Assembly: GCA_963729625.1 (NCBI GenBank)
Contig: CAVSOU010000008.1
Span: 160,001 to 224,000 of the forward strand
Length of the DNA: 64,000 nt
Reading direction: 5' to 3'
Origin: an uncultured bacterium
GTDB taxonomy: Bacteria > Chloroflexota > UBA5177 > JANWHV01
Shown: piece by piece, positions 48,233 to 58,098 of the stretch
Layout: the number at the start of each line of letters is the position of its first letter
Position numbering within the stretch: position 1 is the first letter of the stretch
Notes under the pieces: model-generated
What the model was told of the DNA's origin: nothing
Database searches by the model: none
Seen by the model: the letters and a program-made list of their open reading frames with translations, nothing else
Position numbers and translations under genes: made by a program

Positions 48233-49186
48233 TCAGCTCAAGGCAATCGCCTCGGTCTGCCAGTATTCCAGTGTGTCAAGCACGGACTGCGTCGTCGAAA
48301 CCTCGGGTCTCCATCCCGTGGCGGCCTGCAGTGCCGCATAACTTCCAACCGACGCAGGCCGGTCTATCGGGCGGGTCAGCGCGGGATCCAGCTCAACGCG
48401 CACCTTGACCGCGCAGGCGTGGATCAGCGTGTCGAGCACATCGCCGATGCGCACCGCGTTGCCGGAGCACACGTTGTAGGGCGCGCCCGGTTCACCGAAT
48501 TCCAGCATCAGGCGATAACCACGAACGACGTCGCGCACGTCGGTGAAATCGCGAGCAGCGTTGAGATTGCCGACTCTGAGGACCGGAGGTAGCTCACCGC
48601 GCTCGATTGCCGCGATCTGCGCCGCGAAGTCGGGCAGCACAAAGCCGCGCCGCTGCCGCGGGCCGATATGGTTGAACGGCCGCGCGCACACGACATATGT
48701 ACCGTAGGAGTAGACATGCTGCCTTGCAAGCGTCTCACACGCGACTTTGCTTACCCCGTAGGGATCGACCGGGCGCAGCGGCTGGGTCTCCGCTATGGGA
48801 AAATCCGCCGGATCGACGATGCCATACTCCTCGCTGCTGCCAATGGTGAGCACGCGAGCCTCACGGGCTTCCAGGCGTACAGCATCGAGCACGCGCAGCG
48901 TCATGACGAGGTTGTCCGTAAGGGTCGCCGCTGGGTCAGCCCACGCGGCGGCGACCGAAGCCTGCGCGGCGAGGTGGTACACGCGGTCCGGCTTCACGTC
49001 CGCCACCACGCGTCTCACGGCTGCCGCGTCACGCAGGTCTGCCACGTGGGGCCTGAAACCGGGCCGCCTGGGGAGGTGCATCTCGGCGTCGACACAGGTG
49101 CCGTGCACCTCCCAACCGTCGGCCACGCACTGGTCGGTAAGGTGGCTGCCGGCAAACCCCATGGCCCCCGTGATCAATACGCGCAC
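48233..49186 (-). CDS. GDP-4-keto-6-deoxy-D-mannose reductase-like SDR (Rmd-like)
   Basis: ITGAMGFAG, HLAAQASV, GSSEEYG, YGVSK, RPFNHIGPRQ, GNL.AARDFTDVRD; adjacent to gmd. Confidence 0.8.
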   Translation of the reverse strand: MRVLITGAMGFAGSHLTDQCVADGWEVHGTCVDAEMHLPRRPGFRPHVADLRDAAAVRRVVADVKPDRVYHLAAQASVAAAWADPAATLTDNLVMTLRVLDAVRLEAREARVLTIGSSEEYGIVDPADFPIAETQPLRPVDPYGVSKVACETLARQHVYSYGTYVVCARPFNHIGPRQRRGFVLPDFAAQIAAIERGELPPVLRVGNLNAARDFTDVRDVVRGYRLMLEFGEPGAPYNVCSGNAVRIGDVLDTLIHACAVKVRVELDPALTRPIDRPASVGSYAALQAATGWRPEVSTTQSVLDTLEYWQTEAIALS

Positions 49187-49700
49187 TCGACAACTCACCA
49201 GACACTAGAAGCTCACGGTCCTGCCAGGTCGCCGATGCCGATCCAAGCGGACAACGCCGGCTCGTGACGACAACATGCGACATCCACAGCGTATGGCTCG
49301 CGCAGGGCTCCGCGCCGACGGCCAAATACTACCACATCCAGGTCGCGGCGCGCCGGAAACATTGCCGCTAAACTTAAACCACGGCGGGGCCAACAGGCGG
49401 TGCGCGGTAGCCTCGTGCACGCTCAAGCGGGTTGCATGGCGACCCGCGCCTGAAGGCGCATGGCAGGGCGACCCACCGGGGTATGGAGATCCCGCCTTGG
49501 TCCAGGTGTAGGGGGACGGCGCTCTCGGTGCACGTGCCAGTGCCCGGGCTCTCCAGGCGCCACGGACACCACCCCGCAGCTGTGTTGTCTAATTTATGTA
49601 GAAGTTTGCGATTTGAGCCCACAGGATATAGACAAAACCTATACAGGTGTTGTACAGTAGGTACTGGAGCCAGCGCCGCGATCAAGCCATCCGATTCAGA

Positions 49701-49719
49701 TGGTTACGCGTAGTAACCA
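49701..49719. promoter_or_regulatory. Palindrome upstream of the sigma factor gene
   Basis: TGGTTAC-GCGTA-GTAACCA in an AT-richer divergent intergenic region. Confidence 0.4.
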
Positions 49720-49832
49720 GAAGAAGGTCTGGGGGCACACGCCACGGAGCGCGAGTACTTTGTGCAGACCTGATTCTGATAGGGCGGTGGCGCTGGATGT
49801 AGTTACCGTCATACAAGAATAAGAGGTCTGTT

Positions 49833-50708
49833 GTGAGCACTCCCGCTTTGGATACGTCGAAGAACACGGGCTACGCCGAGGACGGTACGCTACTGTACCT
49901 GCGCGAGATTAGCCGTACTCCTCGATTGACTCCGCAGCAAGAGCTGGAACTGGGCGAGCGCATCGCCTCCGGAGACGAAGAGGCGCTGCAGATCATGGTT
50001 GAATCCAACCTACGCCTGGTCGTAAGCGTGGCGAAGAGGTATCGCAACGAGGGTCTCTCGTTGCTGGACCTCGTGCAGGAGGGCAACATTGGGCTCATCC
50101 GCGCCGCGAGCAAGTTCGACTACAGGCGCGGCCACCGGTTCTCGACCTATGCCATATGGTGGATCCGTCAGGCAGTGACACGTGCGATTGCCAATCAGGG
50201 CCAGACGATCCGGGTCCCGGTCCACATCACCGAAGGAATCTCACGGCTCAACCGGACCATGCGCCTGGTCGAGCAGGAAGAGAGCGAGTCGCCGGATAGC
50301 CACGAGAGCGAGCCGGTAGCACTGGCCGCCAACCTCCCCTCCAGCAAGGTCGTGGAGATGGTGAAAATGGTGGCGCAGCCCCTCTCGCTTGAGCGCACGG
50401 TGGGCGAAGACAATGACGCGTCCCTCGCGGAGGCGGTCGAGGATGTTGACGCCATCTCACCGGCCGCGGCGGCGGAGAACAGCATGCTTCGCGATCGGCT
50501 CGTGATGTTGGTAGGCTCGCTACCGGAACGCGAAAGGAAGGTCATCGATCTCCGCTACGGTCTCTCCGACGGGCGACCGCGTACGCTCAAGGAAGTGAGC
50601 GGCGCGTTCGGCCTGACCCGTGAGCGTATCAGGCAGCTGGAGACGGCGGCGCTCTGCCATCTGCGCGAGGTTGGCGAACAGGGCGGATTGCGCGAATATC
50701 TGAACTAG
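49833..50708 (+). CDS. Sigma-70 family RNA polymerase sigma factor (RpoD-like, lacking region 1.1; group 2-type)
   Basis: [53 protein letters not shown]. Confidence 0.93.
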   Translation: MSTPALDTSKNTGYAEDGTLLYLREISRTPRLTPQQELELGERIASGDEEALQIMVESNLRLVVSVAKRYRNEGLSLLDLVQEGNIGLIRAASKFDYRRGHRFSTYAIWWIRQAVTRAIANQGQTIRVPVHITEGISRLNRTMRLVEQEESESPDSHESEPVALAANLPSSKVVEMVKMVAQPLSLERTVGEDNDASLAEAVEDVDAISPAAAAENSMLRDRLVMLVGSLPERERKVIDLRYGLSDGRPRTLKEVSGAFGLTRERIRQLETAALCHLREVGEQGGLREYLN

Positions 50709-50738
50709 GCGCCTGCATGCGCCAACGTACAGACTACC

Positions 50739-50774
50739 TGAGCGGCCGTGGATCGCAGGATCTGCGGCCGCTCA
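50739..50774. terminator. Long hairpin between convergent genes
   Basis: TGAGCGGCCG-TGGATC-GCAG-GATCTG-CGGCCGCTCA. Confidence 0.6.
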
Positions 50775-50777
50775 TCG

Positions 50778-52214
50778 CTATTCGGCGCTTGATTCCGGGG
50801 CCGCTGGACCGCCCGGGAGCTCCCCGGCGTCCTCCCGCCAGCTGTTCACTGCGGCAAAGGCCTGGGCAAAGGCAGGATTGGCGAAGACCTGCCGGCGCTG
50901 GCTGAAGTTGTCGTCATTCTCATAGATCGCCAGCTGCCAGAGCATCTCAGGCGGCGCCAGCGGGTTGGGCGAGGCGCCTCCGGCGAGATGGAGTACATGC
51001 CGGAGGGCAGAGGGTGGAAGAGACGGATTCCCGGCAAGAGCATTGATCACCTCCGGAGATGGGTCGCCGGTAAGTGAGTCGAGCACATCTCGCGGCGTGC
51101 CTGGGTTCCGGGCAACTACCGCCCGCACTGCCGCGTGCTGCGCTATGGAACGAGCGCGGAGCAAGTGCGGCGGGCAGGATGGATTCACCAGGCAGGCTCG
51201 TTTCACTGCCTCCCCGCCGGCGTGGTACAGGTGTTCCAGCGTCCGCGGAGGGGCGGATGGATTCGCGGCCAACGCCGCATGAGCGTCAGAGTCCCACATG
51301 CGCGCAATGCGATCGAGCAGCGCCGGCGGTGTCGATGGGTTTCCGGCTACCTGCTCTGTGACCGCGCGCGATCGCACGTCGATGAGCCTGATCAGCTCGG
51401 CGGATGTCGACAGCGGATTCGCCGCGCGGACGGCAGGATCGGGGTCATACAGCAGACCCTCGAGGGTTTCTCGTGAGGTCGACGGGTTCCGGGTCACGCC
51501 AATGCGCACGATCGGCGACATATCGGCCGAAAGCCTCGAGAGCGTCGCCACGTCGAGCGACGGGTTGCGGGCAAGATCGGCGCGACAGCGGTCGGGTCCG
51601 GATTCGAGGATGCGCGCTACCACCTGTGGCGGCAGATCGCGCCGCCTGGCTACCAGCCAGCCGTCGCGAAACGGCACCAGCGCCAGCAGCATGAGGGCCT
51701 GAGCGGGAGCGCGCGGATGTTCCGCGATCGCCGCGAGATAGCTGTACGATTCGTTTCGCGCCACTGCCTGATGGGTAAGCTCCAGCAGCACCTCGGGCGG
51801 TGTAGCGAGATGAACGGCCACCTGCTCGCGCACGCATTCTTCGGGATCCAGCGCGAGCATGCGCAGCAGGGAAGGCTGCGACCAGGGGTGCGCGGCCGCG
51901 CCGCGGCGAACGAGCGGCACGGTGTCCTGCGCGAGATTTCTCAGGTTCTCCAAGGGCAATCCCGCGTTTCCGGCCACCGCGGCACGGATGCGCGCATCGG
52001 GATCGCGAGCAATAAGATTCAGAAATTCAGCCGGCGCCGACATCTCGCGAATGCGTCCAAGGAGAGCGGGCAACGAGTCCGACTCTCCCAGGCGCGGATC
52101 GTCAAACACAAAGCGGAATCCAGCCAGTAGCCGTCGATAGTATGCGCGATAGAAACCCCCGGGATCCTCGAGATCCCGGCAGCGCACGGTGAACATACCG
52201 GCAAACTGTGCCAC
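50778..52214 (-). CDS. Leucine-rich-variant (LRV)/HEAT-like repeat protein
   Basis: About 24-aa repeats of L..D....VR..VA.NP.TP; AGGAGA RBS. Confidence 0.85.
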   Translation of the reverse strand: MAQFAGMFTVRCRDLEDPGGFYRAYYRRLLAGFRFVFDDPRLGESDSLPALLGRIREMSAPAEFLNLIARDPDARIRAAVAGNAGLPLENLRNLAQDTVPLVRRGAAAHPWSQPSLLRMLALDPEECVREQVAVHLATPPEVLLELTHQAVARNESYSYLAAIAEHPRAPAQALMLLALVPFRDGWLVARRRDLPPQVVARILESGPDRCRADLARNPSLDVATLSRLSADMSPIVRIGVTRNPSTSRETLEGLLYDPDPAVRAANPLSTSAELIRLIDVRSRAVTEQVAGNPSTPPALLDRIARMWDSDAHAALAANPSAPPRTLEHLYHAGGEAVKRACLVNPSCPPHLLRARSIAQHAAVRAVVARNPGTPRDVLDSLTGDPSPEVINALAGNPSLPPSALRHVLHLAGGASPNPLAPPEMLWQLAIYENDDNFSQRRQVFANPAFAQAFAAVNSWREDAGELPGGPAAPESSAE

Positions 52215-52523
52215 CGGACATCTCCTGCCTGCTGCTTCTCACTTTGATTGTAAGGATCGCTACGCTACATGTCGCACTGTTCACATTCTCGCAGATGCCT
52301 CGACCACTGTGCGGCCCAGGCGCGGACAACCGCGTTGTCCGGCCCTGCGGAGGACTGTCACTCGATCGTCATCCGGCGTGCTTGGTTGGGAAACCCAGTT
52401 GCATCAGTATTATGTGCAGCAACCTGTGCTCTGGTGACGGCGCTTTCAGGACGAAAAAAGGCACTCCATACCCCTTCACGAACCACCAACGCAGCATGTA
52501 TGATTGCACAGGTGGGCGCGGGC

Positions 52524-52532
52524 TGTGGATAA
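52524..52532. promoter_or_regulatory. Single perfect DnaA box
   Basis: TGTGGATAA in intergenic DNA. Confidence 0.4.
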
Positions 52533-52701
52533 CCCTGCGAAACGCGGTACTGCACATATCTCTTCGGACGAGGATGCTCTGTCGGTCCAGCCCCTGACAG
52601 CCTGTCCGGCAGGCCGGCCTGCACGGCGCCGTCGACCAGGCTCGGTGACCTATGGATTCGCAGGCGTTCTATGCTGTATCGGAAGCAGGTAACTGGAAGA
52701 T

Positions 52702-53184
52702 ATGTACGCTCGCCAGGAGCTCCCTCGATTCGTTCCGAGCAACGAGCTCTGCCAGTGCAAAGACTCTCCCGTGAAGATGATGTCGACATTGAGCGCACAT
52801 CCCCTCCACTGCATGAACTGTCATCGCGAAGTTCCGCCCGAGAATCTCTCCCTGTCTGTCCGGACCGCGGACGCGCTGGCCGACTGGCGGCGCACCTACG
52901 ATGCCCTCGACTGGCTGTGGCTTGAAGCCGGCTCCTACGAACAATGGGCTCGCGACCAATTGTCGGACGTCTCGAGCATAGCCAACGTGCGCGGTCGCCT
53001 CGTACAACAGGCGATCAATCGCCTGCGTCGGTGCTACTATTGGTACTTTCAAGACCAGTCGCTACCGGACTTCCAGCCGATCACGGCCTGCCCGGTCTGC
53101 GGCGAACGAATGAAAACATACTCGAATGGCCTCTACGCGCAACGCGTGTGCGAGCGCGACAGTATCGTGACCATCGGCGACTAG
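52702..53184 (+). CDS. DUF2310-like Zn-ribbon protein
   Basis: CQC, PLHCMNC, W...YDALD.LWL..GSYE.WA..QLSD..S, YYWYF, CPVCG...CERD. Confidence 0.75.
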   Translation: MYARQELPRFVPSNELCQCKDSPVKMMSTLSAHPLHCMNCHREVPPENLSLSVRTADALADWRRTYDALDWLWLEAGSYEQWARDQLSDVSSIANVRGRLVQQAINRLRRCYYWYFQDQSLPDFQPITACPVCGERMKTYSNGLYAQRVCERDSIVTIGD

Positions 53185-53228
53185 CCGTGGCGCTGGCCTG
53201 CCGGTGATGCCCTGGAATTCCACTGTCG

Positions 53229-53253
53229 AGCGCCCGGCGGGCGCTTTCGTTTC
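53229..53253 (+). terminator. Intrinsic terminator candidate
   Basis: AGCGCCC-GGC-GGGCGCT-TTCGTTTC. Confidence 0.5.
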
Positions 53254-53486
53254 GGTAGCTCTATCAGAACGGTGACTCGTGGCTGCGCTACGACGAGTCA
53301 AGGTGCGACTGCCCTGCTACTTCGGCGCACCCACATGGAGCACGAGCGTCTCGCCGGGTTGTGCGCGGAGTCGTACACTGAGGGCGGGGCGACGGCATGT
53401 GACCGGAGCAAGAGCATCGGCGCCTGCTGAGCCGGTGCGGGTCCCAGGCGTAGAGACGCACGTATGCGCGAGTGCAGGAGGGTCTC

Positions 53487-54530
53487 ATGGCAGGTACATT
53501 GGGTCGGATCTCATCGATGTTCAAGGCCAAGATGAACGCGACTCTCGACTCGGTGGAAAACCCCAACGAGATGATCGACTACTCGTACCAGCAACAGGTG
53601 GAGCAGCTGCAGAAGGTTCGGCGAGGCATCCTCGACGTGGCGGCTGCCAAGGCCCGTCTGCAGATGCAGCTCGCGCACCTGCAGCAGGACTCCGCAAAGT
53701 TCGATGCTCAGGCCCGCCAGGCGCTCGCCGCCAACCGGGAAGACCTTGCTCGTCTGGCCCTCTCCCGCAAGTCCGACGCTGCACAGCAGCTCCAGAGCAT
53801 GCAAGCGCAGATCGAGGCGCTGCAGAGCCAGCAGGAGCAGCTACAGGAAGGCGAGAAACGACTCGGCGCCAAGATAGAGTCCTTCAATTCCGGAAAGGAG
53901 GCGATCAAGGCGCAGTACACCGCCGCGCAGGCGCAAGTGCAGATCAGCGAGGCGGCATCGGGACTCTCCGAAGAGATGGCCGACGTCAACGCGGCCATTC
54001 AGCGGGCCGAGGACAAGACGCAGGCCATGCAGGCGCGGGCAACCGCCATCGACGAGCTAACGGCCGCGGGCACCCTTCCCGACCTGCTGACTTCCAGCGG
54101 CGACGATGTGCAGGCCCAGCTAGACCAGCTCTCCACGAGCAGCAGCGTCGACGCGGAGCTTGCCGCCCTGAAGGCGCAGCTTGGTCAGGGTGCGCCGCCT
54201 CCGGCGCGGATCGGCCCGGCGCCGGCATCACCGGGACTGGTCGTACGCGTGCAAGGAAGCGGCCAGTACCGGCTGGCGCAGCCCGAGATCGATGACCTGC
54301 AGCGCCTGGACCAGCAGCTCACCGACGCGGTGCATGCGCACGACGACCAGCGCGTCCACGCCGTGCTGAGCCAGATGATCGCGCTGGTGCAGACGCGGGG
54401 CACAAGCGTCGATCACGCGGAGGTGGTGGCCTCGGAGACGATACTGCCGCCCAGTACGATCAGCATCGAGGAGGTGCAGTCGCTGATGCACGACGACGGC
54501 CTGATAGAGGGCAACCCGCCGCCTGCTTGA
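53487..54530 (+). CDS. pspA: PspA/IM30 family protein fused to a C-terminal PspAA-like domain
   Basis: LGRISSMFKAK...ENPNEMIDYSY, AREDLARLAL coiled coil, MQARA.AIDEL, VDAELAALK; then VVRVQGSGQY...ILPP...LIEG. Confidence 0.88.
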   Translation: MAGTLGRISSMFKAKMNATLDSVENPNEMIDYSYQQQVEQLQKVRRGILDVAAAKARLQMQLAHLQQDSAKFDAQARQALAANREDLARLALSRKSDAAQQLQSMQAQIEALQSQQEQLQEGEKRLGAKIESFNSGKEAIKAQYTAAQAQVQISEAASGLSEEMADVNAAIQRAEDKTQAMQARATAIDELTAAGTLPDLLTSSGDDVQAQLDQLSTSSSVDAELAALKAQLGQGAPPPARIGPAPASPGLVVRVQGSGQYRLAQPEIDDLQRLDQQLTDAVHAHDDQRVHAVLSQMIALVQTRGTSVDHAEVVASETILPPSTISIEEVQSLMHDDGLIEGNPPPA

Positions 54531-54568
54531 GCGCCACATACCTGCCGGAAGCGCGCGGATGCCGGAGG

Positions 54569-55591
54569 TCAGCGAACATCTTGTCCGCGACGGAAGTCGG
54601 TCGGATTCGGGCGATCCGGGCTCGCGACGAGGTTGCGCGGCGTGCCTGCCACAAACGCTTCGATGTTCCCGACCAATTGCTCGGCCAAGACCTCCAACGA
54701 CTGAACGCTCGCCCAGGCCATATGCGGCGTGACGATCAGGTTGGGAAGCTGCAGGATGAGGAGAGGGTTGCCGTTCTTGGGTGGCTCCTCGGAGAGAACG
54801 TCCACGCCGGCGCCGCCGATGGCGCCTCCGGCAAGTGCTGCCGCGAGCGCTGCTTCATTCACAATCCCGCCTCGCGCACAATTGATGAGCAGCGCGTCGC
54901 GGCGCAGCAGAGCCAGCTCGGCCGTGTCGATCAGGTTCCTCGTCTGATCATTCAGCGGACACAGGACCGCCAGCACATCGCTTTGGGCCAGCACGTCTTC
55001 GAACGGTGTGCGGCCTTCACGCACATGCGCCGCGCCTTTGCGCTCGGCCACCAGCACGGGCATGGCGAAACAGCGTGCCAGCGCCTCCACGCGCCTGCCC
55101 AGCGCTCCATAGCCGATCACGCCCAACGTCGATCCCGCCAGCGCTCGGGGCAGCGGATCGAGCAGCACCCCGTAGGTAGCGGACGCTTGCCATGTTCCGA
55201 GACCAACGGCCGCCTGATAGGCGGGCAGCTGTCGTCGCAAGGCGAGCGCAATGGCAAAGATGTGTTCGGGAACCGATACGGCCCAGTCGTGCACATTGCA
55301 GACGGCGACACCGCGATCCTGGCAGGCTGTGACGTCCACGTGATCGCATCCGGTCGCGGCCACTGCCACCAGTCGCAACGAAGGCACCTCATCCAGAATT
55401 GTCGCACCGATCGGCGCCCGATTCGTGATGGCCACGGTCGCGCCGGCGCTATCGACGTCCCGCAGCCGTTCCACGGTCAGCTCGGGAGGCGTGTAGGGGT
55501 ACTCCTGCCAAACATGAGGGAAGTTGGGTCTCCGCAAGGGAACACGGATGGCGTTGCGATCGAGAAAGACGATTCGCTGCCGCTCCATCAT
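54569..55591 (-). CDS. D-2-hydroxyacid dehydrogenase (glycerate dehydrogenase-like)
   Basis: IVFLDR, ATGCDHVD, GVIGYGALG, INCARGGIV, DVLSEEPP, TPHMAW. Confidence 0.93.
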   Translation of the reverse strand: MMERQRIVFLDRNAIRVPLRRPNFPHVWQEYPYTPPELTVERLRDVDSAGATVAITNRAPIGATILDEVPSLRLVAVAATGCDHVDVTACQDRGVAVCNVHDWAVSVPEHIFAIALALRRQLPAYQAAVGLGTWQASATYGVLLDPLPRALAGSTLGVIGYGALGRRVEALARCFAMPVLVAERKGAAHVREGRTPFEDVLAQSDVLAVLCPLNDQTRNLIDTAELALLRRDALLINCARGGIVNEAALAAALAGGAIGGAGVDVLSEEPPKNGNPLLILQLPNLIVTPHMAWASVQSLEVLAEQLVGNIEAFVAGTPRNLVASPDRPNPTDFRRGQDVR

Positions 55592-55772
55592 GTTCTCTTC
55601 CCACGGTTGGTTACCGGTGCCACGCGCGATATCGTAACTGCGGACGAAACGCGCCAAACCGATATTGACTCCACACGACAACCTGAGTCCCGCGCGGCAT
55701 ACATGATAAAGCAAAGAGGAGGTGCGCGAGAATGGCGCTGCATTGCAGCCTGGCACGGTGGGATTTTGACGA

Positions 55773-55994
55773 ATGGCAGCCTATTATGGCGTGATGCGAG
55801 ACAAACACGTGGAGTTCGAGGGGGACGTACCGCTCGCGGAAGGCACACAGGTCGAAGTCTGGCCGCGCCGACCGGCAGAGGAGCAGGCGGAATGGGTAGT
55901 CGATACCTGGGTTGCGCCTGGCCTCAACCCAACTGCCGCCGCTGCAGACTCCTCTACCCCAAGTCTCAACAGCTCGTACGATGACGCGCAATAG
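55773..55994 (+). CDS. Small hypothetical protein (DUF104/AF2212 antitoxin-like N-terminus)
   Basis: YYGVMRD..VEFEGDVPLAEGTQVEV pattern, acidic tail. Confidence 0.5.
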   Translation: MAAYYGVMRDKHVEFEGDVPLAEGTQVEVWPRRPAEEQAEWVVDTWVAPGLNPTAAAADSSTPSLNSSYDDAQ

Positions 55995-56073
55995 CAGTGG
56001 CTTGTGTAAACTACTAACCCTGTGGCGTGTCCCAAGCGGGGTGTGGTCCGGGCAGGATGAAGGGAGCAGTGGC

Positions 56074-57477
56074 GTGACAACTTCCATGGGTGCCGGCGTA
56101 GCTGAGGCGACTATTCAGCAGTTCAAGAGCGGCTTGCGGGGTCCATTGCTGCAGCCTGGCGACGCCGGCTACGATGATGCGCGGCGAGTCTGGAATGGGA
56201 TGATCGACCGCAAGCCGGCGATGATCGCCCGCTGTAAGGGCGTTGCCGACGTGATGAGCGCCGTGCAGTTCGCACGGGCAAACAACCTGCTGGTGTCCGT
56301 GCGGGGCGGTGGCCACAATGTGAGTGGCAACGCGGTGTGCGACGATGGCCTTATGATTGATCTATCGCCAACGAAGGGCATTCGCATCGACCCGGCACGG
56401 CGCGTCGCGCGGGCACAGGCCGGCGTAACATGGGGTGAGCTCGACCACGAGACGCAGGCGTTCGGTCTGGCGGTGACCGGCGGGCAGATCTCCACCACCG
56501 GAATCGCCGGCCTCACGCTTGGCGGCGGCATCGGCAATCTCATGCGCAAGTGCGGGCTCAGCGTCGACAACCTCCTGTCGGTGGACATAGTGACGGCGGA
56601 CGGGCGGCTGCTGACCGCCAACGCCACCGAGAACGAAGACCTGTTCTGGGGCGTACGTGGCGGTGGCGGCAACTTCGGCGTGGTCACGTCCTTCCAATAC
56701 CGGCTGCACCCGGTGGGTCCATTAGTTTTGGGCGGCATGGCACTGTATCCGGCCGCCATGGCGCGCGAGCTTCTGCGCTTCTTCCGAGACTGGGCCGGGT
56801 CGGCCCCCGACGAGCTGACGCCGACGCTGGCCTTCCTCACCGCTCCGCCGGCGCCGTTCGTGCCGACACATCTGCACTTCCAGCCGATGGTCGGCGTCCT
56901 CGTGTGCTATGCCGGTTCCATTGACGAAGGCGAGCGAGTCGTGGCGCCGTTGCGCGCGTTTGCACAGCCCGCGGTCGATCTTATCGGCCCGGTACCCTAC
57001 ACCGCGGTTCAGCAGATGCTTGACGGCTCGGCACCCTGGGGCATGCAGGTGTACGTGAAATCGGCCCATCTCACGGGGATGCCCGACGAGGCGGTTGACA
57101 CCATCGTGCGCCACGCAAGCACCGTGACCTCGCCCCTCAGCGTCATACCGATCAGTCCACTTGGCGGCGCCGTCGGGCGCGTTGGCGAGCATGATACGGC
57201 ATTTGGTCACCGTGGCACGGCGTTTGACATCCAGATCCTCGCGTGCTGGACGGATCCTGCAGAGCACGAACGGCATGTGGCGTGGGCACGCGACTTTTCG
57301 ACGGCGTTACGCCCATTCTCGCGTGGCGTATACGTGAACGAGCTCGGCAACGAGGGGGAGGATCGGGTCAGGGAAGCCTATAATCCCAGGACATATGAGC
57401 GGCTGGTCGCACTCAAGACCAAGTACGATCCCGAGAACCTGTTCCGCCTCAATCAGAACATCAAGCCGGCCCGGTAA
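56074..57477 (+). CDS. FAD-binding oxidoreductase (VAO/BBE family)
   Basis: WNGMIDRKP, VRGGGHN (covalent-FAD His), GLTLGGG.G, RGGGGNFGVVT, YVN, KYDPENLFRLNQNI. Confidence 0.95.
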   Translation: MTTSMGAGVAEATIQQFKSGLRGPLLQPGDAGYDDARRVWNGMIDRKPAMIARCKGVADVMSAVQFARANNLLVSVRGGGHNVSGNAVCDDGLMIDLSPTKGIRIDPARRVARAQAGVTWGELDHETQAFGLAVTGGQISTTGIAGLTLGGGIGNLMRKCGLSVDNLLSVDIVTADGRLLTANATENEDLFWGVRGGGGNFGVVTSFQYRLHPVGPLVLGGMALYPAAMARELLRFFRDWAGSAPDELTPTLAFLTAPPAPFVPTHLHFQPMVGVLVCYAGSIDEGERVVAPLRAFAQPAVDLIGPVPYTAVQQMLDGSAPWGMQVYVKSAHLTGMPDEAVDTIVRHASTVTSPLSVIPISPLGGAVGRVGEHDTAFGHRGTAFDIQILACWTDPAEHERHVAWARDFSTALRPFSRGVYVNELGNEGEDRVREAYNPRTYERLVALKTKYDPENLFRLNQNIKPAR

Positions 57478-57710
57478 TCCATAAGAAGGCATATCTTTGA
57501 TCCGATTAGCCTTGCGCGGCGTACAACCTGTAGCTGCCTGATACGGCAGCCGGCGCCAAGCTCCGCAACGCAGCTCGCGGAAACGGCGTCACTGCCCGGA
57601 ACGGGCAGGGTGGAGAACAGCCTGCATGGTCTCCTGGTCGGCGAACCATGGCGCCGTCCAGCTGGGTGGACTGATGCACGGCTCGCAGCCATAGGAAGGC
57701 AAGGTTCAAG

Positions 57711-57980
57711 ATGGCCGGTTTGTCACGCAAGAGCTTCATCGAACACGCGTCGGTTGGCGCCGCGGCGGCGGCTGCACTCGTCACCGTGCCGGGCTACACG
57801 TTCGCGCGCGAGACGGCGCACGCGAACGCGGCGGGCGCCAGAACGGCTGCTCATGCCGGGCCAATTCTCGCGCACGTCCGCAACGCGGCGACAGGCGAAA
57901 TCGCTGTACTGTTCGGCACTCGCGAGGTGATCATTCACGATCGGGAAGTCGCCGCCCGTCTGCTCCGGGCCGCACAGTAG
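57711..57980 (+). CDS. Small protein with a Tat-like signal (SRKSF)
   Basis: MAGLSRKSFI + hydrophobic stretch + A-x-A; C-terminal AHVRNAATGEIAVLFGTREV...D. Confidence 0.75.
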   Translation: MAGLSRKSFIEHASVGAAAAAALVTVPGYTFARETAHANAAGARTAAHAGPILAHVRNAATGEIAVLFGTREVIIHDREVAARLLRAAQ

Positions 57981-58098
57981 CACTCCAGACGTGCCGCCGT
58001 CCGGTCATTCGTAGATCGAGCGGACGCCTCATGCGGGCCGCGTGTCAGACGGCCCAACAGACTCAGCGCTCGCACTCAGCCAGAGAAAGGGAACACAC

